Shown: in pieces, positions 15,211 to 26,100 of the stretch | Position numbering within the stretch: the stretch's first letter is position 1 | How the letters are laid out: each line of letters starts with the position of its first letter | Assembly (NCBI GenBank): GCA_051362555.1 | Contig: CM120649.1 | Coordinates: 11,780,001-11,844,000 of the forward strand | Source of the DNA: Lingula anatina | Lineage: Eukaryota; Animalia; Brachiopoda | Length of the DNA: 64,000 nucleotides | Reading direction: 5' to 3' | Position numbers and translations under genes: made by a program | Notes under the pieces: model-generated | Seen by the model: only the letters and a program-made list of their open reading frames with translations | The model's database searches: none | What the model was told of the DNA's origin: nothing

Positions 15211-15493
15211 TATTCATACAGTGCATCCAATGCAACATTTGTGCGCATTGAAGGTAACAATACAAACACACGTAGGTGCAACTGTCTACCGGCATCTGTC
15301 AATAATTTTTGAATATAAAGAGAAACGGAATAAAATGCCGTGAAACGAATCAAATCTCTACATTAAGCATAGATTTGCAAATATTCATAACAATGAAATG
15401 TCTTTTGCACCCATTATAGTCTTATAGTCATAGTATAGGGTCTTATGCTCGTGCTCATTAGGAATGCGTCACTTTTTTGAAAGATTAAATCCT

Positions 15494-15606
15494 CAATACG
15501 GTTTGGCTGACCTGATAGATTATCCCAAATAGGTGTAACTCGGGTACGTATTTTTTTTTTTTGGGGGGGGGGGGGGTGAGGGGGGCTGCGTTCGCGCTAT
15601 TCCCTG
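15494..15606 (+). pseudogene. RNU1: 5'-truncated U1 snRNA pseudogene
   Basis: Matches the 3' ~100 nt of the downstream U1 copies (caatacggtttggctgacctgat...ctgcgttcgcgctattccctg) but lacks ATACTTACCTG. Sm site expanded into a T-run followed by a G-run. Confidence 0.85.
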
Positions 15607-16334
15607 ATTATCAAATCAAAATCAATCCACTTATCTTCCTCTGAGGCATAACAAACAAAACCAATATCTCATTAATCTTAGCCAATAGATTTTAGTCGGA
15701 GATTCAACGTAGGCATTGCATTCCGCATCGAAGTCGACTGAACCAGGAGGGAAGATCCTTAATGTATGACTGTGATGCGCTACGGCATATATTGTATATG
15801 CATGTGTATGCTTTCGAGGTATTTATATAGTTTCTGCTTATCGGGCTTATTTCTCCCTCTCGCCCTGTGACGCATTCGCGCCCCCGAGTTGGCTGGTTGT
15901 CTATGTACAGTGGTCGTACACTCTCATTGGCAATAAGTCTACAGTTACTGTAGAAGCTTAGACAATGGAAAGCCATTACACGTAGACTTTTATCCCACAG
16001 TTACTACAATAAGAAAAAATGTAAACATTCCGTTTCAAGGCCGTATGAGATAACGAAACCATTGCACTCACTTTACACCAGATTCAACCCCCAAATTAAT
16101 ACGACAACTTTTTTTGGGGTTGCACATAATTACGTATACCCTTTGAATGTCGGAAGCTAACAACTTATAAGGCATATGGCTTTGAATAAATGAAAAATTA
16201 ATAAACGCTTAAAACACCTCTTTTATATTATAAAATCAAAATTCTAGATAGCACGTTTTTAACTTTAAACTGAAAAAAATTGTGTAATATGATATTTCAA
16301 TTAATTTACAAATATGAGTAACCTTGAAATATAT

Positions 16335-16404
16335 TTGATTCACCATAACCACTATGGCAGCGGACAGCATGGTAGAAGAGTCCAGTCAAACGTCAATAAC
16401 AAGC
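16335..16404 (+). promoter_or_regulatory. Conserved U1 upstream block containing the putative proximal sequence element (also ~17897-17966, ~19892-19961)
   Basis: ccactatggcagc.gacagcatggtagaaga..ccagtcaaacgtca at the same distance upstream of all three U1 starts; position fits an snRNA PSE. Confidence 0.6.
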
Positions 16405-16571
16405 ATACTTACCTGGCACAGAAGTTAACCGTGATCATTAAGGCGGATCTTCATTAGCGAGGCCTTACCATTGCACAATACGGTTTGGCTGACCTGATCG
16501 ATTGCCCCAAATAGGGGTAACTCGGGTGCGTAATTTTTTATCGTGGGGGACTGCGTTCGCGCTATCCCCTG
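16405..16571 (+). ncRNA. RNU1: U1 snRNA, copy 1
   Basis: Starts ATACTTACCTGG; ATTGCAC U1A loop; terminal GGGGGACTGCGTTCGCGCTATCCCCTG stem-loop IV; 167 nt. Confidence 0.96.
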
Positions 16572-16896
16572 ATTACCAAAAGCAATTCCATCCACTCATC
16601 ATCCAGAGGCACCATGAACAGAACTATTCGTAATCATTTAGAGACATTGAATAAATACGGTATGTTGTTATAGATGCCATTTATTTGAGTCACCGATCTG
16701 AGTGTTAAATATCACGAGTGCATTGTCCAGCCGCAAGTCTGATCTTAATCGTTTAGAGACACTGAACAAACATGTTGTTATAGATGCCATTAATTTGAGT
16801 CACCAAACTGAACGTCAAATGTTACTGTTGCATTGTCCAGCTGCAGGTGAATATTTATGGCGCCTTGTGGTCAAGGACTAAAGAAAACGAGACTTA

Positions 16897-17113
16897 AGAC
16901 CCCATTCCCACAGATTTTAGATCTATCTATCCCAGTGGGGAGTCTCACTAGATAACTGTCAGCTTAGCCGGCTTAAGCGTCTGTCCCACCTACTAAAAGC
17001 TGTAAGGGGGTAATTAACTACCCTGCACGCTCGGCTGACATCAATTTGGCGTGAACCCCCACGGAGTTAGGTCGATCTAGATGGATCGATCTAAAACTAT
17101 GGGAATGCACTCT
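16897..17113. mobile_element. MITE family A, copy 2, in U1 spacer
   Basis: TIRs agaccccattcccacagattttagatctatctat / atggatcgatctaaaactatgggaatgcactct, TA flanks. Absent from the homologous spacer at ~18345-18375. Confidence 0.85.
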
Positions 17114-17966
17114 TAGGTGTTACAATGTAGCATATGCAATATATTTATTTAATACGATGGCAAAAGAGAGACCATCCAGTGATAGAAGATACAGTAGACG
17201 ATTCTACACGAAACATTGCACTCCGCATTGGTTGAACCAGGGGGGAGGGACATCACCTGCTTATAATTCTCCACAGGTACGTCTGTGATGTGCAGGATTA
17301 CACAAGCTAGGATACGACATTTATACGATCGCAGGGCATTTACATTTGGATCCAAAAATGTTGGGCTCATTCCTCTCTCTCGCCCTTGACACAGCTGCTT
17401 CTTGATTGGCTGGTTGTCTACGGTGGTCGTAGACTCCAAACGCTGATTAGCCAAAAGTCTACAGTTTCTGTAGACGCTTAACCAATAAAATGCCGTAACA
17501 CCTAGACATTTTCCCTTCCATGACTTTCATAAGAGTTTTTTTTTTTTTTCTTCTTCTTTTATTGTAAAAGAGCTACTAAAATGGGAAAATCTACGCATTT
17601 CTTTCAAATACAGCATGAACTAACGCAATCATTACAGTAACTTCACCCCAACTTTGATATCTCCAAGTTAATATGACTCTTTTTGTCCTTGTTGAATGCA
17701 TATCATTAGCCTTTGAAAGCCGGAAGATAACAAATAATAAATAACTTATAATCAATGAAAAATAATGAATGCATTAAAACTTCTTTTATGTTATGAAATC
17801 GAAATAATAGATCACGTACTACTACCATTAAACTGAAATAATTGTAGTAACATGACATTTTAATAAATTTACAAATATAAGTAACTGGAGGTCTACTTAA
17901 TTCACTTCGCCCACTATGGCAGCCGACAGCATGGTAGAAGACTCCAGTCAAACGTCAGTAACAAGC

Positions 17967-18133
17967 ATACTTACCTGGCACAGAAGTTAACCGTGATCAT
18001 TAAGGCGGTTCTTCATTAGCGAGGCCTTACCATTGCACAATACGGTTTGGCTGACCTGATCGATTACCCCAAATAGGGGTAACTCGGGTGCGTAATTTTT
18101 TATTGTGGGGGACTGCGTTCGCGCTATCCCCTG
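17967..18133 (+). ncRNA. RNU1: U1 snRNA, copy 2
   Basis: Same 167-nt sequence; 3 substitutions versus copy 1. Confidence 0.96.
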
Positions 18134-18773
18134 ATTACCAAATCAAAATCACACCACTTCTCATCATCTCAGGCTCCATGAATAGAACTGATCGTAATCA
18201 TTTAGTGACATAAAACAAAAATGTTATTATAGATGCAATTAATTTGAGTCACCGAACAGAAAGTCAAATATCACGAGTGCATTGTACAGCCGCAGGTGAG
18301 TATTTAGGGCACCTTGTGGTCACTTTGTCCATGTCAAGGACTAAAGAAAACGAGGATGAACACGTGTCTTTTAGGTGTTTCAATGTAGCATACGCAATCT
18401 ATTTATTTAATACGATGGCAAAAGAGAGACCATCAAGTGATCGAAGATACAGTAGGTGATTCTACACGAAACATTGCACTCCGCATTGGTTGAACCAGGG
18501 GGGAGGGGCATCGCATACTTAAAATTCTCCACATGTACGTCTCTGATGTGCAGGATTACACAAGCTAGGATACGACATTTATACGATCGCAGGGCATTTA
18601 CATTTGGATCCGCCTAAAATGTTGGGCTCATTCTTCACTTTCGCCCTTGTCACCGATGCGTTCCGATTGGCTGGTTGTCTACAGTGGTCGTAGACTCCCA
18701 ACACTGATTGGCCAAAAGTCTACAGTTACTGTAGACGCTTAACCAATGAAATGCCGTTACACCTAGACTTTTT

Positions 18774-19516
18774 CAGCACAGGCTTCAAACAACTGCGCAT
18801 GCACGAAAAGTGCGCTGTTTGAAATAAACAAGTTGGTGAAATTGACAAAGCCTGCCGGTGGTTACCGTCTGGTTGATTTTATTTCATTTGCTCTTTGGTG
18901 TCTTTTTGAAATTTTAAATTAGTAATGTTTTATTGATTTTTTTTTAAAGTAAATCCATCGGAATTCCTTAGAATAACATTTATTTTAGCTTCATTACAAG
19001 TGGATTCCCATTGTATTTATAGTGTTATATGTGGCCCCAATTGAGATTTTTCACCCCTCCCCCACTCTTGATACATAAAATGCGCCATGTGCCAGATTGA
19101 AAATGACCGTGCAAAATGTATTTAAAATCGTAGGAAGGTTGATTGCAGATAATGCTGCGAGGAAATTCTTGTTCCAGGGCGAACTCGGCCAATATAATTT
19201 TTTTAACTTCGTCTCCCGGTTTTGCAGCGCCAGTTCTAATTTTTGAAAACGAGGCAATGGAACCAAACAATACGATGCAATTTGTAATCTCGTAAAAATT
19301 GCTATTTTTCAATAAAGACCATAGCATGGAGTAAATCGAAATGCGACTCTTTTATTATTATGATCTTTAATAATCATTAATATAAAATGTACGATTTAAG
19401 AAGTTCTTGTTCCCGGCCTTTTCATTAACTTAATTGATTTTTTAAAGTATTTGGAGATTAAAAACACAAAAGTTGTCTGGTTTCATATCGAGGCACTCCG
19501 TTTCGTTCGTGTGCTG
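18774..19516. mobile_element. 743-bp non-autonomous DNA transposon with 7-bp TSD (P-element-like)
   Basis: Ends cagcaca...tgtgctg, flanked on both sides by ACTTTTT. Empty site (ctagacattt ttcccttccatgac) in the previous U1 unit at ~17502-17524. Confidence 0.85.
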
Positions 19517-19961
19517 ACTTTTTCCCTTCCATGACTTCCATAAGTGGTTTTATATTGTAAAAGAGCTACTACAATGGGGAAAATGTACGCATTTCGTTCA
19601 AATACCACATAAACTAATGCAATCATTACACTAACTTCACCCCAACTTTGATTTTCCCAAGTTGATATCACTTTTTTCGTCCTTGTTGAGTGCACATCAT
19701 TAGCCTTTGAATGCTGGAAGATAACAACTAATAAATGATAATAAATGAAAAAAAATTATGAATGCATAAAAAAATTATTTCATGTTATAAAATCGAAATC
19801 ATAGATCACGTACTATTACCATTTAACTAAAATACTTGTCGTAATATGATGTCTTGATGAATTTACAAACATAAGTAACCTTGAAATCTATTTAATTCGC
19901 TTTGCCCACTATGGCAGCGGACAGCATGGTAGAAGAGACCAGTCAAACGTCAGTAGTAAGC

Positions 19962-20128
19962 ATACTTACCTGGCACAGAAGTTAACCGTGATCATTAAGG
20001 CGGTTCTTCATTAGCGAGGCCTTACCATTGCACAATACGGTTTGGCTGACCTGATCGATTACCCCAAATAGGGGTAACTCGGGTGCGTAATTTTTTATCG
20101 TGGGGGACTGCGTTCGCGCTATCCCCTG
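19962..20128 (+). ncRNA. RNU1: U1 snRNA, copy 3
   Basis: Same 167-nt sequence; 1 substitution versus copy 2. Confidence 0.96.
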
Positions 20129-21225
20129 ATTACCAAATCAAAATCAATTCACTCATCATTATCCCAGGCACCATGAATAGAACTGATCGTAATCATTTAG
20201 AGACATTGACTTAATATGTTGTTACAGATGCAGTTTTAACTGTAAATTAAAATTTTGATTCGCCGAACTGAACTGAACTTAAAATATTACGAGTGCATTG
20301 TCCAGCCGCAGGTGAGTATTTAGGGCACCTTGTGGTCACTGTGTGTGTGTGTGTGTGTATGAGGGGGGTAGAAAACTAAGATTAATTGGGGCTCAAAAAG
20401 GGGGGGGGGGCAACTAAGATGAAATGGTGCTCTTAATAGTAGGGAATAATAAAGATGAATTTGGGCTCGTAATCGTGGAGGGGGACAACTTAGATGAAAT
20501 TGGGGAGACAACTTTATATTTGGGGTCGCAATCGGTTTGCACAGTAAATAAAAAATCTCATGGTAACAGAGGTGTGTAATGACAACAGTTGCATTATAAA
20601 AATAAAGATACTTGTATATGAATTTGAATTTCAGCAAGGTTAATGTTGTAGGGATTAAGAGCATAATATGAATTGTTTACTTCCTTTTTAAAGAATGTTT
20701 GTAATGTTGAAAACTCATTCTAAAAGGACAGAACGTAAACATTTTTTTCCAATCGCACCTCGAATTGTAAGTACATTAGGTGGGATGCTTATTTACAGTA
20801 CAAATCATGGAGAAAGTCTTGTCCCGATTTTAAATATATGTACTGAATAAAAAAAAATAGGATTTTACAATACATTTTATTTCACGAGTTTTCAAAGTGA
20901 CAATGTACACTGTAGCGTACTGTATATAAATCTTGATATTTAAATTTTACTAATTTTATTTCTTTTTTATATATCTTCACTATTTTGACATGCATTTTAT
21001 CATTTGAATGAGGTAGAAAGTATAAATGCTACAGATGCAAGCTTATAAATGAAAATTAAAATAATTAATAATTCTATTGAGTGTAAGTTTATGACCATTC
21101 TTAGTCTGTAGGCGAAAACTAAAATGTTGAAGACTGACAACCAATTAAAATAAGATAATTTTGCTATTGTAAATGTCATAAATATTTTCCTAACCAAACT
21201 GCACTGTCAATCCTTATTTACAGTT

Positions 21226-23119
21226 TTACACTGGATTTGGAAACCTATTTTTGTGCATTGGAAACAAGAAGAAATAAAACTGAACACAGAAACACTTGAT
21301 TGGCTGAAAGATGAAGAAGTCTTCTAGTAAAGACAATCCAACAAGCATCAACCAGTGGTTAACATGGTCTTCTGGCAGTGACATTCCATAAATGGCAGTG
21401 AGGGAAAATGACAGCATGATAGAGCAAAACAGGAAGATGAATACGATGTATTTCACCCAGTGGGGAAAAGACTTCTTGAACTCTCCTTTCACCATTCTTT
21501 CCAGATGTAACAGTTCTTTGTCACTCAAAGGTTTGTACTCTTCATCTGACTGGTCTTCCGTCAACTCATCCTCATTTGGATTATCTTAAATATAATGAAC
21601 ATTTAAAAATAATTGTATAAAGACACTGGAACTACATGAAAGTTAACATGTCATATCTAGATTTTTACACTGTAGCAAGAATACTTAATTGGACTGGAAA
21701 TTCAAATTGATATACTTTTTAAAAAGCATATTTTGAAGTGCAAAAAAGGTGTTTATCTGTAAATAAATAAATGAACAAACTATAGAAATAAATAAAGGAA
21801 TACATTAATAAATTACCTTCTTCAACTTGAATGGCTACATCATAAAAATTGCCCTGAAGTGAAGAGTCAAGGGCACTTGAAGGAATGATCTCATTGGTGT
21901 CATATTTATCCTCTGGTAAATCATTTACAATGCTGGCTGAGTGTTTACCAGAGTCTTGGACATCAGCCACACTGTCATCTACTGAGGCAGAAATGTCACA
22001 GCTCTGAATGTCTCTAGTGTAAGCAGCATCCAACTCCTCTGTGATGATAGCACTCAGTGAACTGGTGGAACTTGAGGAAAACACATAATTTTCTATGAAG
22101 TCATCAGCCAGATCACGGGTGCCTTCCACTGATTTCTGAGCTGTAACCTCATTCTCTATCTGATAAGTTGCTGTGACAGGGGTGGTCATTTCTGCTGGCA
22201 TAACTTCTGGCACAGGTGCTGTCATACTTTCTGCCATAGGAGTTGTTTTACAAGTAGCATCTGGCCAAGGTGATGTCATAGCTCCTGTCATAGTTGTCTT
22301 ACATGTAGTGTCTGGCCAAGGTGCTGTCAAAGCTCCTGTCATAGGAGCTACTGTAGTTGCTGACACAGGTGTTGTCAAACTGGCTTCACGGGGAAGAGCT
22401 GCTTCAATATCAATATCAACAACACTTGGTAGACATAGTGGAAATGCTGTTTTATCAACATCTTTTAGATCTTTTTCTTCTTCTTTGTCTTCTTTCACTG
22501 ATACTGTAGACATAACTTCATTCACCAAGTACACAGTTGCAGGAGATGATATTGTCATATTCATAGCACTGGGTCCTGAGGTTTCAATGTCACATTCATC
22601 ATCCTGCACCTCTGGGCTTAGTTCAGCTGTGTTGTTTACTTGGACAACTTGACTATTGTCATTGATGTCAACTAGAACAAAATATACACATTCAATAATA
22701 TAACTGCGACAATCACCTGATCACCATACATTGCTATTGTTGATAATATCCATAATGGGAATTACTTTCAGGTCAATAAAATATGGAATTAAAGAAATAA
22801 AATTTGTTTACTTTCTGTAATGTCAGGCAAAATGACAAATTTACAATGCTAAGTGATTTTCACCATTTTTAGCAAATACTGAATTCCAGATAAATATACG
22901 GTCAGTAGTGATTATACAAATAGAAAATACTACACTGTGATTAATGTCAGCTATCACAAAGAGAGAAATGGCTATCCCAAATTTACCTGTCCCAGCTGTA
23001 ACAAAGTCATCTTCGAATCTCAGGCTGCTTGAGATATCTGCTCTCAGCTCTCCCCATGTGGGTTGCCCTGGGAAAGAAAACAACACAGAAATAGGTTCAT
23101 GGTCTAAACAGGAAATAAC

Positions 23120-23156
<37 letters not shown>

Positions 23157-26100
23157 TATTAAATATTGCACTGTGATTATTATCAGCCGTCACAAAGAGA
23201 AAACTTGGAAAGTGGTTATCCTAAATTTAAACCATGGCTAGCGCACAGAACAAAAGACTCGGCTGTGCTGTTTTCGACATACCAGGTACAAGCAAGTCAC
23301 ATATGAGTGCGTTCCACGGTCTGTTGCACTCATGTTACTCACTAGTAGCCTATCAGAGCCTTAGTTTTAGCCAAATACAACACTCATCACCAAGCTGTAT
23401 GTGAAAACTACTTGCCTGCGGCTCGACAACACACTCATAATATTTCACATACAGCACGGTGACTGGTATTGTATCTATCACTTACCTGTCCCAGCTGTAA
23501 CAAAGTCATCTTCAAATCTCAGGCTGCTTGAGATATCTGCTCTCAGCTCTCCCCATGTGGGTTGCCCTGGGAAAGAAAACAACATGGAAATAGGTTTATA
23601 TGGTCTAAACAGGTAATAAGTTGACATGCTGGGTTTTCATAATTGAATGAGTATGTGATGTGTGTTTACAAGCAAAATCTATTGAATAAGCATTTGATTA
23701 GATGTTAGTATGATCAACTAATTATGTGAAGCACTATGTTTATTATGTTTGTGGACATGTATACAAGTGTATGTGTTTGTATTAATATGTAAGAAACTAA
23801 AAAGGGACAATGGCATATGTTTACTTTTCAGCACTCCCAGATCCTCAAAACTCTTGAAACGGAGAGTAGATGTGCTTGTAAAATTCCACAAAGTGGCCTC
23901 ACTAGATCCAGGAGGGTTTTTCATTGAATCCAAACTCAGACTCCTCCTTGGTGGCCAACATTCTGTGGATCTTGCACGTCTCTCTAATGACAAATCACAC
24001 ACTAGATTCCTCAGGTCTTTGAATTCTGAAATATTACAAATATAAAATGGGATTTTTTTTTTTGTGGGAGAGATTCAGGAGTGAAAAACACTTTGGTCAA
24101 AACACTTCTTACTTTTGAAATGATTATACCTTTGATTTAAATATCTGAAGCAAAATCAAATAATTTATGTTGCTGAAATAGCAAGGGCTTATTTTAAAAT
24201 AATATGATTTATATTTAAAACTGACTTTAATTTCTGAATTTTATACTGTTTCTGAGCATACATTACCTTCCTTAAACTGCACTATATCAGTAGAGAGAAC
24301 AGAAGAGTCTGACTCACAACTAATATCTGAACACAGTGCTGCTTGCTAAAAATGGAAATAAAAATTACAACTGGTCAGCCCTATTATAAACAACTGAAAA
24401 AATTTCAGTGAAATTGGCAGTTTAAAAAATCTGCAATAAATGTTTTTAATTCAAACGACTGACATTTTTAATATAATGTCAAACGTAATATATATATATA
24501 TATATATACAGGGTATATATATATATATATATAGTACTCAGTACAGGATTACCTTCAAATGTTTTAAGAAAACCATCAAATAGAGCCAATTCTGTTACCT
24601 TTAACACTGATGTCGCCACAGATTTTGCCACCATCTTGGCATCATTAACAATGGCTACTTTCAAATCTTGCTCATCAAGGAATACATCCCCCTCTGCATT
24701 CTGAGAGAGCAACCCTAACTGAACACTGTCAGAGCATTCATCCCACCTGTAAAGATTTTGTTAATAAGTGATTATTTTCCATTACACATAGTATTTCAAG
24801 TTAAATGGTCTACACACTAATTACCTCTAAAGCATCTGAAATTCTGTGCAGCTTCTTCTTACATTTGTTAAATTCTCAATTTTTCTTTCAAATGACTGAC
24901 ATTTGGCAAAGCTACAAAGGAAAATTTTAAAACTTTGCAAATTAAAAAAAAATATATATATATATTAAACAGTAGCAGAACATCAAATTAAATCTAATTT
25001 TGTAACAAAATATGAAATCTCCAATGACAAAATACACCTTACTTTTCATCATAAAACGTCAAAACATCCTCTTTCAGGAGGTCAGCAGCTTTGGCAATGA
25101 CATGCTCCTTATCTGGCCAGTCCAGGTCTTGTGACTTTGATTCAGCACAGTGGAACACAGCAAACTGTGCTCTAATGATGGCATTGGAAATCAAGCTATC
25201 CACATAGTGGTAGTTAAAAACCTGCAATGTGTTATATAAGTTTATAATTTTTACTTAATTTCGAAAACATAAAAAAGTTTTCATGATCTTTAAAAAAAAA
25301 CAAAAAAAACATGAAAAATATATTCCAAATACAGTAACTGCCATATTATAATTAACTACACTTACCTAGTAGTTGGCCAAGTTAATGAAGTTTAACAATA
25401 ATGATCATGCAACGCACCATCCCATTTACTACAGGTATGTACCTCTTTGATAAAGTGTGCCTTGTCTTTCCTAATATCTTGCATTTCTTGCTTCATCAAG
25501 TTGTTAACCTGGCCTACAAGTGTATGTGGAAATTGGACCTCTCTATCCATGCATTGCGTAGCTTGGTGATCATCTTTTTCAAGATCCTGGGAATAAAGTT
25601 TAATGTACAAAATCAAATATTACATAAATAACCTGCATGAAATATGAAATTAAATTATATAAATTGTAAAAAAAAAAAAAGGAAAATCAATAAAAAATAA
25701 CCAGAAAATAAAAATTACAAATGGGTTTGAATACTACAAATACAAGTTAAAAAAGTAAAACATCAAAGTTATGTTGATGCTTTTGGTTTCTAGCATACAG
25801 GAAGTATATACATCAAGTTTCCTTACTTTGACTGAATGTCTCTTTGCAGTGCCTTGCATGTCACCATTCATCTCAGCAGAAATCAGCTGCACAAGGGTGT
25901 CAACCAGTTTCTTTGAGAAGTCTTGCATCGCTTTCTGACTGGCCTCAGTTGCAACATCACATACATCATAAAATGATGCAAGTAGGCCATGTGTTGTTCC
26001 TAGGGTGAAATCCTTCAAAGTAGCCTCTGTGATCTCTTCTGGAAAGTCTGCTTGGCACTTGTTCACATTAGACCCAGCATTTACATCATCAGCTATGATT

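Noticed and set aside
17150-17180. Hairpin gatggcaaaagagagaccatc in U1 spacers as another snRNA or a histone stem-loop
   Set aside because: No Sm site or similarity to U2, U4, U5, U7, U11 or SL RNA that I can recognise; recurrence is explained by tandem duplication.
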